Origin: the human T2T-CHM13v2.0 reference genome, Homo sapiens
Assembly: GCF_009914755.1 (NCBI RefSeq)
Contig: NC_060932.1
Direction: 5' to 3' (one strand)
Length of the DNA: 64,000 nt
Part shown: positions 29,927 to 42,969 of the stretch, in pieces
Position numbering within the stretch: the stretch's first letter is position 1
How the letters are laid out: every line of letters begins with the position of its first letter
Notes under the pieces: generated by a model
Databases searched by the model: none
Seen by the model: the letters and a program-made list of their open reading frames with translations, nothing else
Told to the model about the DNA's origin: nothing
Translations under genes and position numbers: made by a program

Positions 29927-32289
29927 TTAAGTCTTTATTTTACTTCATTCAGTCTTTAATGAAGGCTGGCTTCTCTGAAGGTGTAAGATAGAAATGGTTT
30001 TGAGAGTGCTGAAATTAAAAAAACAAACGAACAAACAAACACATGAAATCATGTTCTTACTGAAACAAGTTGTCACTATTACAGTGAATAAAATGGGAAA
30101 CAACTAGAAAAAGAAAAATCAACAGAAAGCAAGCAGAAAGAAGAAGGTGTCTTTTCTCCCTCGAGCCTTTAGAGCCAGCTGGCAGAAGAGAAATGTGGTT
30201 GGTAGAGTGTCCACCCTGGCAACAAAGCAGAATATGGTCCTGAGGTGTTTAAACCTGAGGACAGTAGCCACTTCTGCTTATAAAAAATAAGGAGAATGTA
30301 TATTACTGTACCTTAGTGAATCATTAAATGGGAAATGCCCTTAATTAGTTTGCAATATGAAATTTTAAGGGTAATATAAGACATGCTCCCTAATATTGAC
30401 TTTTATAATGTTTCTAATGTTTAATAACCATTAATGAGACATTATATTATAGAAACATTACAACATTTTCCTGCATTAAAAATTCATTAAATTCTATATG
30501 CATCTTAAAGTTTCCCAAGAGACTTTCGAAATTAAGTTCAGTGATCATGTTATCTTAACAAATGCATAGTCTTTAAGGATGGCTTCCTATAAAGGTAACA
30601 TGTATTTAAGGCTTTAAGGTCTATAATGTGTGTGTTTATTCTGTTCTTATCAGCAATATTTACAGTTACACCACAGATTATCATCTGTGTTAATATAAAG
30701 AGTGAAATGGTATAGAATTACAAGAAATAGTTTACTACATACTTTAATTAAAGCATAATTATATACACTCAAATATTTAAAATATAAACATATATTCATA
30801 TAATTTTACATTAAATAATTTGTGATTATGGATTGCAGACCCAACCTACCTATTTGTTTTTAGGAAGCAACAGAAGACTCATATTCATGTCAAATCAACT
30901 ATAATTGGCAACCCTCTTTCCCCTTTTTTATTCTTCAGCTTTCTCCTAATATTAACAGAAGAAGAGTTTCACTAACTGATGAATAAACTTTAAAAAATGG
31001 CTTTTAGGTAACAATCTGTAGGTGGATAATTAGGAATTCAATACTTGAACAAATTTAATTTTTATACCTAGTGTGAAATTAGAACAAGAAATAATTTTAG
31101 ATGTGCAAAATATTTAAAGGTAAACCTGTTAGCTAAGAAATAGAAATAGGAAGAAAAGAAGAGTTCAAATTGCAAACCCAAGCCTCCCATTTTATTCTAT
31201 AATTCATGCAGAATGAATTACTTCTAGAACAGGTATGGTTTTTCTAATAGTATTCTGACTAAAGGGCTGTTGCCTAGCATGGCTATAATTACATGATGTC
31301 AGTATTCTATGCACTAGGCAGAAATTTTTATTGCATACATCTTTCACAAAGGGCAGCAAGGATTCCACAAAGTCATCAGCTCACATTTCAATTGTTTTAG
31401 GCTATATGAATTATTTTGAAGTTAAAAAAAATCAAAGATCACACAGTCATTATGACCTGAAACTATATAATTTTAAGACAAATGTCCCACCTACTTGAGG
31501 CGTGGCACAGTTATTCTTGCTTTCTTAAAAATAATAAATAAAAATGGAAAAATATAAAAATAAGAACTAGGGACAGAGGACAAGAACTACAATCATAGTG
31601 CCTCAGCCGTCATGAGGAGACATTTGTGTTTTATTGTTCTATATGAAGTAAAGTACAATAAATGATATTTCTACAAATGTTGTCTCTGATCTGCTGAAAA
31701 CATAAGGGGGAAAGAGGTAAAACCTATTTCCCATAAAAATACTTTCACATTTACATAGGGAGCCACAGCATAGACTCAGAAATAATTCTTCTCTTACCTG
31801 GTAGCAAGTATTGGAGATAATACATTCATTTATTTAGAAAACCCTACTAGCATTTTTAGTCTCTTTCTGTGATTTTGGGTGGCCATGAGGAGATTGTAAA
31901 GTAGGCTAAATTCTTGTTACATTCAGAAGTACCCACTGCTCTTATGCTGTTCCCTACCTCTATGTGAAATTTAATTACAACATTGTTTTCTGGTTCTGAT
32001 TCCCTGTCTCATCAACTGAAAACCTTAACAACTGAGGCATGGGAATATTCCCTAGAAGTTGTATATTTTCATCTCAAAAATATTAGTATGCTTTTATTAT
32101 GTTCAAGAAGCAAGGAAAATGTGTTTATATTTTTTGCAATAGTGGACAAATTTATACTTGCTATTCAAGATTTTAGATATCTGTATGTAAACATTTTAAA
32201 ACTTTAAAAAAGTACTCAATGTTATAATTGCAATTATTATTATTTATAGTATAAAGAAAAGATAGAAAGTATAAGATATAAAAATGTAG

Positions 32290-32525
32290 AATGGAACAAG
32301 ATTAAAGAGAATGTACTCTGAGCCAGAATGCTTGGTTTAAATCTTGGCTATGGCACTGCAAGCATTGGGACCTCAGGCATTTACCCTCTTGGTCTTTTTA
32401 TTTCTTATATAAATGACAGCAATAATAATATTCTCCTGTAGATATTTTATGAGGCTTACTGGACTGGTGTATTTAAAGCATATTGGAATATTTATAGTAA
32501 TTATGAGTAATGTAGATATTAAGTA
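32290..32525 (+). mobile_element. MIR fragment
   Basis: gattaaagag...ctctgagccagaatgcttggtttaaatcttggct...tttaaagca. Confidence 0.65.
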
Positions 32526-32544
32526 TTACCTATAAACCTCCCTA

Positions 32545-33060
32545 TAAACCTCCCTGAGAACAAGGATTTGGGTCAGTTTTGTTTATTTCTGAATTCCTGC
32601 CTCCCAGAAGAATGCTTGGTACATAGTTGGCACATGTGCCTGTTCACATGATTTGTATTCCAATTCATACCTTGCTGTTCTGAAAACTGTATTTCCTAGG
32701 TTCTTCTGCTCAATGGTTACCATGTGGTTTCAACCAAGGGAAGCACTGTTGGAAGACTAAAGTGAAGGAAAAGGGAAGAAATCATGGCATTCTTAATTCT
32801 CTAGTGCCTTCGCGAATGGATTTTTCCCTATATCTGTTCTACTCTGTGTGATACTTGTCCTCCCAGTTGCTGTTCTTTATGTTACTTCATCATCTCTTAT
32901 TTGTCTTCTCAGCTCTTATGTCAACTATACAATTCCCTGTATACAATATTTCAATGTAAAATACCTAGAATGTTTCTTGTTTCCTTGTTGTCTTGTTTGT
33001 CTTGTTTGTACACATTGATTGATGCATTACTTAGTAAATAATTGTTGCTTGAATAAATTA
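32545..33060 (+). mobile_element. L2 3' end interrupted by an LTR33-like ERVL LTR (~32635-33026)
   Basis: L2 tail agaatgcttggtacatagttggcac resumes as cttagtaaataattgttgcttgaataaa after an insert ending aaatacctagaatgtttcttgtttcct...gattgatgca. Confidence 0.55.
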
Positions 33061-33834
33061 ACAAAGTAGCAGTTACATACTGCTACATGTTTATACATTT
33101 TGGTTCCTGAAGTTTTGATGTATTACCCCAACGAAAAAGAATTCATATTTTATTGTATACATATTTAATAAAAATGTGTCTTAGAAATCAGGTTTCCTTC
33201 CTAATACTGTAATTTTGATAGTAATGAAGCAGAGAGTTATCAGCCTATAATTCTGAAAATAGAAATAATAGAAAAAAGAATATTGATCCCTTATCTATAA
33301 CAGAGCGGTTACGGTACACACTCTTCTGCATGTTTGTATGATAATCTGGGACTTATCTTGCTTATGTTATTTGTTGCCACATCATTAACCTTCAACTTAT
33401 ATACTATCTTAAATGAGAATTATTCTATCAGTATGGCATCTTGTTTCACAAAATATTATGTTATGTCAATAAATGAATTAATTGCAGGATTTTTTCAGTT
33501 GAAAACAATACTAAGTATATCTACATTGAAGCTAACATTGAATTAATTCTCAATCCTTAATTAACTCAGGCTGTCACGATTTCCTGAGCTGCATCATTTA
33601 GAGATAACAAGATTCAATGCATTTTCTGTAACTGAACTGTAGGATAGTGTTTGCTGTCAGCCAAATTCCTAATACTCATGAGGACTCCAGGATTGTTCCT
33701 AGACTGAGTCTATTTGAGAATATCAGTATGCACAAACAAATCATTAAATGTGATTTGTCCAGAGCTAATTGAAACTATCTTGTATATGGCAATAGTAGTT
33801 CAAAAGGGAGGGACAATTTGATACAGATAAAAGA

Positions 33835-33965
33835 TAGTGAAACGGAAGTCAGAAGAACAGAGTATTATCTAAATATTGCCACATACTTTGCTGTGAGACT
33901 TAACTCATATGCCAGTTAAGAAGACTGGGTTGGATGACTTCTGAAGTTCACTTCGGTTCCAATGG
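33835..33965 (+). mobile_element. MIR3-like fragment
   Basis: ggaagtcagaagaac...gggttggatgacttctgaagttcacttcggttccaa. Confidence 0.5.
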
Positions 33966-36900
33966 CCAACCACACAAATGAGCTTTTCTGCTATTTAGGC
34001 AGACCTAACATATCATTTGGTCATATAGTTAAGTTATACCTTTAAAACAGAATAATATATTTATTTTATCAACATAAATAAGAAAAATGGTTTCTATTCA
34101 TTTTTAAGATTTCATAAATATCAATAAAAAATACTTAGACTGAAAGGCAGGTAAACAACTAAGCATTTCTTCCCTGGTGGAGTTAGCCATTCATCATCAA
34201 ATTGTGTTTATTTATTATTTATACTTAAGTTGTGAACAACAATACCTATTTCTCCAAGCCTCCTTCCAGCACCTCAAAATTAAACTAATCAGCGTATCTA
34301 TGTTTGGATCCACTTGTAGAACTAAATATATAATCTTCACTGTTTTAAAATACTTGCATTGATTTATAAACATAGTTAATGAAATAAATTAGCCTATGGT
34401 TTAACAAATTTTCTTTTAAAATGTAGAAAACTGATGTAGTTAATAATTGCCTTTGCATTAAATAGTATCTAAAATCTAAAGTTGTAGCACATTCTAGTTT
34501 ATAAGTTTTTTGGAGGATATGATTCTCATCATCTTACTAAAGTATAAGAAATACACTTGACCTTTACTGACGCCCCCTATTGATCCTACGGGTTTCCTTT
34601 ACTCTATTTAAGAGAAGGTGGTATTATTTGCTTTTTGTAAAAAGTCAAGAAAATAAACTGGGTATCTTGAGCTAAGCTATGTCTGCGACTCTATTGAAAG
34701 ATAGTTTTCCCTTGTCCTCCACAGGACAGGCACTTCTCTACTATATAGGGATACTTTCCACCACATTGCCTCTGTGTCTAGGTGGATAAACCCTTTTCAA
34801 TCTTGAGTTCTGTTAGCAGACCTATTTTGATCTTCAAAACAACATGAATGATTAAGCCATTATTAGCAATAAGAGCAATATTGATACCATCATCGGGTAT
34901 TTCTGTTTTCTCACCTTGCTTAAGGAGGGGACTGTAATTTGGGTTGCTACAAAGTCCTCAACAATTGGACATTGATTAGAAATGCAGATAAGTAAAGCCA
35001 GGAATATAATTTCAGACCAAAATAACATGCCAAATGTCTTGTGATGATTCAGGGTACAGAGATCTAGGATTTTAATATATGAACAAGGCATTTCAAACTT
35101 GTCCATTTATACTGGCTAATGTGTGGCTGGACAGGCTGTTCAGTAGTTAGATGATTTTAAACTGCTCTGACCAAAGAAGAAACCACATGGTATTTTGACT
35201 CCTGCTTGTATTGTGATTATCCACTGGTGAGTCACTGTGAATGCAGATACTGGCATTTGTAGAAATGCAGGACTGCATGACCAGGCTTGGAAAATTTGTA
35301 GATAACTTCAGTAGACTGCTATAGTATCAAGGTAGCAAATACTAGCTGCATAAACTTCAGCAAAATACTAGACTGCACATCGTTTTGCAGAGACATGCAA
35401 CTTCAAAATGCAAGCTGCTAGATCTCTCTACACAGGCACACATATTTTTAAGTAGGCATGGCTGAAGCAAAGGTTTTATTTTTGGAATAATATAGCCTTT
35501 TTAACCTTTTAAACTACTTAACTGATGAGTTCTGAGTGAATTACAGATCACTGTCAAAAAATTTAATTAGTGTGAGGTTAGGTAGATAAAATTAGATCTA
35601 CTTCTCTAAATTCTTTTAGGCACAAATAGATAAGGACATATTTGGAAGCATTAACCTTCAGCTCATGCAGTTTGTCTATGGGATCATGTGTAGGGGGAAA
35701 ATGGTTAATTTCAAGCTGCCAACATTTAAGTACATAAACATGTAAGCTTACCTATAAAAGTGTGAAAATCTAAAGAGAAGAAAGGTAGTACCTTAAGGAG
35801 AAGGCAGTATTAGTAGTAAACTAGTTCTAGATGCTGGTATTTGAACTAGTTACTGGTTCTCTGTAGGTCATAAGGACTTAAGATGCAGATTTGTAAATAT
35901 CAGCTTCAGTTCAGATTTCTCCTAAATGCTGTTTACAACTTGAAGGCATGTGAACATTAACTGAAAGCCATCCCTAGGAGGCAGTCCTCGTGAACCCTGA
36001 AGTTTTAAGCACATTTTCAGCCCAGATATAGAAAACACATAAAGCTAAACAAAAGTCTATATAGGATATTATTCCTAGTTGAATTCAAACTCTTACATTG
36101 TTGATTTTAGACAATAGTCGTTAACTGGTTGATAAGCATATGTAGTAGAAAACTAAAATCTGCATTGGCACTTCCTCAAATATCACTAAATTTTTGCTAT
36201 CATCTTGGGCATCACTGATAAATTTAGCATGGAAAAATAGTTTTGCCTAGATTTTCATTCTCTAGCAGTGTTTTTAACCTTGGTGCTTGTAAGTTCCATA
36301 ATATTTTTTCCCTGTAAAATAAAAATATGTGATACCTCAAGACTTGGCATTAAGCTAATTCAACCTTTGTGTCTCAGAAAGAAACTGCAGTAATTCCAGT
36401 GAAAGAAACCTCATTCCTGAGCTACTGACAGAATTCTACTACCACCTACACTTGGAAAACCATTTGGCTAAGATAAAAAATAATTTAATATTGGGGCAGG
36501 TTTTAATTCCTTTGGAATTTCAGCACACAAAGGTAGGATATTTTTATTTCAAACTTGAATTCCTTTGAAATTTAACTAGTGTGAGGATTTAATCTTTGAA
36601 CTTTGATATTTCCCTGGAAAGTTCATACCACTCAGGGGCTTATATTCAAATTTATAATATGTCTATAATGTTGGGGTTTTTTTTATTAAATGCCTTTATG
36701 AATTTTATTATTAGATTTCTTAATGAAATATTTAAACTCATAGAATACCTCCTGATAGGCTATGTTGTATAATCTGCCCAAACCTAATTTGGGATAGATA
36801 ATTAATAGAAAATAGATTGTTAGCCTTGGAGCAGGGTAGGTTTGGCATAAAAGTTAATTAGAATATTATTCAGATCTATCTCAGAGCCTCAGACAACAAA

Positions 36901-37143
36901 ATATTAACCGTTTTCCAGTGGTCTCAAAAGAGAATGGGTTGGTTTGAGAGTAGTTGTCTCAGGAAAACTTGTGTGAAAAACTTTTAATCACTTACAACAA
37001 AGGGGATGACCTAATTTTTGGTAGATCATGGTCCTAATAGTTAAGCCTAATGGGTTATGAAGAAAACAGCTATAGAATAATCATAGGAACATTACTTAGT
37101 CTATCTTCCTAAAGGATCTTTCCAAGTAGTAAGAATTCTCATC

Positions 37144-38250
37144 TTTTTTTAGTAGCGTTATTGAAGTGTAATTGACAGAAAAAGATCTGCACATAGTTAA
37201 TCTGTACTACTTGATGAGTGTGGGTGTATGCTGACACCACTATCAAGGGAATAGACAATGCCTCCCAAAATTTCCTTGTGTCTTTGTATGTGTGCATGCG
37301 TGTGTGTGCATGCATGTGTGTGTGCATGTTATTAGTCAATTTATAAAATTACATGTATCATATACAACATGATGTTTGGAAGTGTATATACATTGTGGAA
37401 TGACTAAAGCTAGCTAATTAACATATGCATGAGGTATACATGTTAAGTATATCTCTCTCAATATAAGATACACTCTCTTCACAAATTCTGAAGTGCAGAA
37501 TGTTGTTATTAGCTACTGACAATATGTTGTACAGCAGATCTCTAGAAATCATTCATTAACCATAATTAAAACTTTATACTCATTGAATAACAAGTCCCTA
37601 TTTTTTTCCAGCCCCAAGCACTAGCAACTACTATTTTATTTTCTGATGAGTTTGACCATTTTGATATCTCATATGATTAGAATCATGTAGTATATGTCCT
37701 TCGGTGACTGGTTCATTTCACTTAACATAATACCCTGCAGATTCACCCATGTTGTTGAAAATATAAGAATTTTCACCATTTTTAAGACTGAATAATATTC
37801 CATTGTTATCACATTTTTTGATTCCTTTGTCGATGGACAGTTGGAATGTTTGTATATCTTGACTACTATGAATATTGCTGCCAATGAAAAGAGAAGTGCA
37901 TATATTGCTTCAAAATTCTAATTTCAATTGTTTTGAATATATACCTTGAAGTGAAATTGCTGGATTATATGGCAGTTCTATTTTAAAATTTTCAGGAATC
38001 TCCATTCTGTTTTTATATTTGCTGTACCATTTTACATTCCAACCAACAGTGGGAATTTCCACTTTCCCACTGTGGGTTCCAATTTCTTCATTTTGTGCTA
38101 ACACTTGAAATCTTTGAGGTTATTATCATTATTTTTTATAATTGCCATTCTAAGAGCTGTGAGGTGATATCTCATTTTAGTTTTGATTTGGATTTATCTG
38201 ATAATTGATGTTGGCCATTTGTATATTTTCTTTAGAGAAATGTCTGCTTA
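37144..38250 (-). mobile_element. L1MA9/L1MB-like 3' end (antisense)
   Basis: atgttgtacagcagatctctagaa; decayed ORF2 C-terminus (ORFs 37669-37884 and 37910-38104, ELPYNPAISL). Confidence 0.8.
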
Positions 38251-38436
38251 TTTTTTATTTTTATTTTTAAATTGACTAATAAAATTATATGTATCATGTA
38301 CAACATGTTTGGAAGCATATATAAATTGTGGAATGACTAAAGCTAGCTAATTCATATATGCATTACCTCACATAGTTTCATTTTTATGGTGAGAACAATT
38401 AACATTCCCTTATTTTGCATTTTTCAGCAATATAAT

Positions 38437-39871
38437 TACATCAAGAAAAACTCTCCCTAACCATGGTTTGCCTCTGCTCTGTCACCACAACAATAATCAT
38501 CAACACACAAGAAGACTTCTGTGGCCAAATATGTGTGGGATTTTCCCATGCACCAAGCAGTGGATACCAGCTGGGTGTCCTCCAATTCAATTCTGACACA
38601 GTCTACCTGGAGATTGTGTCAGAGCCCACGTGTTGGGGGCTCCGTCCCTAAAATTGCCTCTGACACCCTCAGAGAGCAAAGTGCAACCCCAGGCCTCTGG
38701 AACATCTGACTGAATGGCTTCAAGCTGGGGTTCCCATTATTACAGGTAGCTAGACTGGCATCAGTGGAGCAGGAGAGGGCTCCCTGCCACCCCACTAGGA
38801 ACCTTGGGTGATGGTTCAGTAATTATTACACTGACTCTCTAAAAGTGATAAATTTGCAGCTGGTGCCAGGAAGAGGCCATTTCCTGATGGTCCACACCTG
38901 TTAAGATTAAAGTGTTAATTAAAGGCAAGCCCCAGGGAGAAGCAACTTCCTGGGCATACGCCTTAAGAGAAAAAATGGCGAACTATGATCTTCCAGGTGT
39001 ACTCCACTGGAAAAAGGAAGAAAGCCTCAGATGGGAATGCGTACAACTTCCTAAACACACTGCTCTTGCTCAATTCCCAAGGGTAAGCCCACCCTAAAGG
39101 AAGAATCATGAGAAAGAGGCGAGCCTACAAAGTCCCAGTATCAAGGTTAAAGGCCCTTCTTTTCTCTCGTTTACCTTCAGGTGCCCATGGATCTCTTCCA
39201 AGGATTCTTTCCTTTCTTTCCTATTCTAAAGCTTTTTAATAAACCTCCACTCCTGCTCTAGAACTTGCCTGGGTCTCTTTTCTTCTTTATGCCCCTTAGC
39301 GAATTCTTTCTTCTGAAGAGGCAAAGGCTGAAGTTGCTGCAGACCCACACAGATATGCTGCCTGTAACTTGGCTGTCTTCCACTGCCAACACCATGACCC
39401 CTTGTTTGGTTTCCATTAATTTGCTGGAGAGGCTCACAGAATTTATGGAAATATTTATACATTTACTGACTTATTATAAAGGCTATTGCAAAGGATACAT
39501 ACAAACAGGTGTGTAGGGAGAGGTATGGGGGAAGGGGCATGGAGCTTCCATGGCCTCCCTGGGCAGTACTCTCTGGGAACTTCCCTGTGTTCAGAGATCC
39601 AGAAGCTCCTCAAACCCAGTCCTCCTGAATTTTTATGGAAGCTTCATAATGTCAGCAATCCTTCCCCCAGGGTATAGGTTGGGACCTTCTGTGGGGAGAT
39701 ATTTAAGACCCAGAATCAAAAAAGCAGGAGTCCTGCCTTCAGGAAAGTGAAAAGACAGGAGAAGGTCAGAGAGATCCTGTTTCCTGAGGCCTATCGCTGA
39801 GGCCTAACACACCCAACATTACAACAAAAGACTTGTATCAAGGGTTATGGGAGTTATGTCATAATACTACA
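38437..39871 (-). mobile_element. MER21A-like LTR
   Basis: ccagctgggtgtcctccaattcaattctgacac; 5-bp TSD ataat at 38432-38436 and 39872-39876. Confidence 0.8.
38738..39391 (+). mobile_element. MER50-related (MER4-group ERV1) solo LTR nested in MER21
   Basis: tattacaggtagctagac...aataaacctccactcctgctc...ccaaca; perfect 4-bp TSD ccat at 38734-38737 and 39392-39395. Confidence 0.8.
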
Positions 39872-40089
39872 ATAATACATTTACTATAGACACCATGTTG
39901 TACAGTAAATCTCTTGAAATTCTTCCTCCTATCTAACTGAAATTTTGTATCTTTTGACCAACATCTCCCCAACCCAACCTCCTCCAACTACCCTAGTCTC
40001 TGGTAACCACCATTCTACTCTCTGCTTCTATAATCAAAATTTTTAAGAATTTTAAATAAATTTTAAATGAATAGTTCAATAACATTTTC

Positions 40090-40530
40090 CAAGATTGAAA
40101 AGTAATAATGTTCTTAATGGAAAGGCGCACCCAGCAAGATGAATTCCAAACAAGACGAATAAAGTTGCACACCAACATTTGTCATAATGAATTATCAGAG
40201 CACCAGAGAAAAACAGATGTATACAAAGGATCCAGAGAGAAATGAACTGAAAATCAACAAATAAGAAAAATAATATCCTCTACAAAGAAAAAGTAAAAAT
40301 GGCATTGGACATCTTGACAGTAATATTGGAAGACAGAAGCAATGTGAGCAAAGGCTTCAAAATTATGAAAAAGAATTATGTCCTGCCTAGAATTCCTACT
40401 TTCAGCCAAACTCTAAATATCTAAAACAAGAGTAGAATAAAAACATAATGAGATATGCATCATTGTAATAAATTGCTTTTCCATCTATTTATATGGCAAA
40501 TACACTGGGAGATGTGTTGCTTCAAATCCA
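40090..40530 (+). mobile_element. Ancient L1ME-type ORF1 remnant
   Basis: tggcattggacatcttgacagtaatattggaagacagaagcaatg...cctagaattc resembles the ORF1 C-terminal half. Confidence 0.55.
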
Positions 40531-41123
40531 GAGTAAAAATATCCTGGCTACTGTGGAATGTTTTGACTAATGAAAAGTTGTCTTTACAACCAAACTGATT
40601 ATTGCAATACTCCTAAGAACAGATGTGGCCTGGATACAGCAGTCAATACCACAGGCATTTCTGAGGAGTTGGAAAATTGAATAACTGACACTTTTTAAAT
40701 TTTTATTGTTTAATGCCAACTCCATTCAATAACTTCTGACTCACATAGGCTACCTGGGCTGGGTCAGTTTCTTTCACTTTGTCATATTGCACAGCAGAGT
40801 ATACTTGCCCGTGCATTTTTCTTATCCCATATGATTTCATTTTTATCTTTTTTTTAATCAAACATGTCCTGGTATTACACCAAAGTCAGAAAAGAAGGGA
40901 GTCCAATTAATCACACAAACTAAATTAGTTGAGGTTTTAATTTGAATTTTAAAAAAGTTCCTATTCTTATTTACTGCAAAGGGTCGATAGTATGGTTCTC
41001 ATTTTTCTCTCAGGAGTAGAAAACAGCAATATATTTAATAAAACAAATTTTGGTTGAAGTTTTAAAAATGATTTTGACCCTTTATAGATATCGCGATAAG
41101 AGGTTGTAACATTTATAATTTTT

Positions 41124-41272
41124 CTTATTATTTTATAATTTCAACTTTTATTTTAGATACAGGGTGTACATGCCCAGGTTTGTTACATGAGTATATTGCA
41201 TGATGCTGAGGTTTGGGATACAGATCCTGCCACCCAGGTAGTGAGGATAGTACTCAATGGTAGTTTTTCTAC
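41124..41272 (-). mobile_element. Very short L1PA16/L1PB-like 3' end
   Basis: tttcaacttttattttagatacagggtgtacatgcccaggtttgttacatgagtatattgcatgatgctgaggtttggg. Confidence 0.8.
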
Positions 41273-42734
41273 CACGAGAAAGGCAGATTTCTTGATATAT
41301 ATATATATATATAATAACTGCTGTGTTATATATTTTCTATCAAATTCCTAAAAGTAGTACTAAATATCATTAACCCTATTTAAAGAGATTTCACATACAA
41401 TGGGCCATAGTACATAGTACATAAACAAATATATTAAAGACACTAACATTTTTACCAATATACTTAAAATCTAAGTAAATGTTACAAATGTTGAAGAAAT
41501 ATGGCTTGGGATAAACTTTCAAGTAAATGGCTAACTATATTTTAACTACTATTAGTTTTTAAATATTTTTATTCCCTTTTCATATTTATTTGGTTCAAAT
41601 ATATTGATTTTAAAATACAGACCTTTTAATTGTTTTCATTGCTAAATTCTTCGTATACTCACATGATAAAATAGTGTGTGGACAAGAATGACCAATTTGA
41701 CTTTGCAAACAAATATTTGAAAAATTTTTTTCTTAAGTCAACTTTGACCTTGGAAATGCTAACAAGGCAGTGTCTATGGAATTCTGTAATAACCCACCAT
41801 CCTTACCAGCTTCTTTGATGTTGATTCTAACAATGATCTGGATGCTATTAAAGCACACGTTTGAATTTATTTGAGAGAGTACAATAGCAACCCTTTTATG
41901 ATTTTTTTCCAGAGAGTGTAACCTCAAACCTGCTGCTACCAAAAGCTATCAGCATCTAAACAGAGAAACAAATGTTTCTTGGAGTATTACACTAAAATTA
42001 TGTCCTCCAACTCTACTTTTCATTACTATGAAATAAACTCCTAAACTGACTGTAGCTACCAGAGGGGCTGAGAACCTCAACGGAATTTTAATGACATTCT
42101 CTGTATTATTCCTCTAACTTGCTTGTGCTTTTGCAGCGACAAAATAAGAAATACTCAATGAAGCCATTTTTGTATTTTCTAAAAAAGATTTTATGAAAAG
42201 TGTTGATGTGTTCAAAAGTAATTAGGTGAAAGAAATAGATTGAGACAGTCAATCAGTTTGAAATAAATATAAAAAGCAATAATTTCCTAACTTTTCAGCT
42301 AATTATTATTTATTTGATTTTTAAAAAATGTTTGGAAATAATTATTATACAAACATGGAATAATTATATCTAATTTTATTCTTAAAGTAAAATGTATAAT
42401 TAGAAGGTATATTTATTGAAAGGAGAAATTAAACTATAATTTCATACTGCAGTGCTTACCAGATGGTGCACTGCTGTACTCCTAGCACTCACAAACTAGC
42501 TCTAAAAGAATGTACATACATCCTAGAGTTTTAAAAATTGTATTAAAGCTATACTATATAATCTCCCTTTAAGATTCAAAAACATACTAATATATTTAAA
42601 ATGCTGAGGAATCATACAATAAAAATAGTTTATCATTTTCCCAAAGATATTAGACAATAAAAAACTTTTTCCAATGCATATTGATTATAATTTTAATATT
42701 CCAAACTTACATTTCAGAAAATATTGTTCCACAT

Positions 42735-42969
42735 CATAGGTGGACACACTGTTTCAGTAAATGACCATATAGTAAACATTTTTGTTTCTATGAAAGAGAA
42801 GGTCTTTGCTACATCTGTCATTTCTGTCACCACTACTAAAGTCAACAATTGTAGTGTGAAAGCAGCCACAGACATCAGAAACAAAGGAGTATGACTCTGG
42901 CCCAGTAGAATTTTATTTATAAGAACATGTGGCAGGCTGGGTTTGGCCCACTTTGTTGGCTGACCCCTG
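42735..42969 (+). mobile_element. MER58A hAT-Charlie fossil
   Basis: ttgtagtgtgaaagcagccacagaca...ttttatttata..ggcaggctgggtttggccca..gctgacccctg. Confidence 0.8.

Larger units (their letters stand above)
38251..40050 (-). mobile_element. L1MA (MA6-8-like) 3' end, split by MER21
   Basis: T-tract then attgactaataaaatt..gctaattcatatatgcattacctcacata; resumes at 39872 caccatgttgtacagtaaatctcttgaa..ctggtaaccaccattctactctctgcttcta. Confidence 0.75.

Noticed and set aside
34852-35340. Possible processed pseudogene
   Set aside because: No recognisable protein in either strand, no poly-A tail and no TSD
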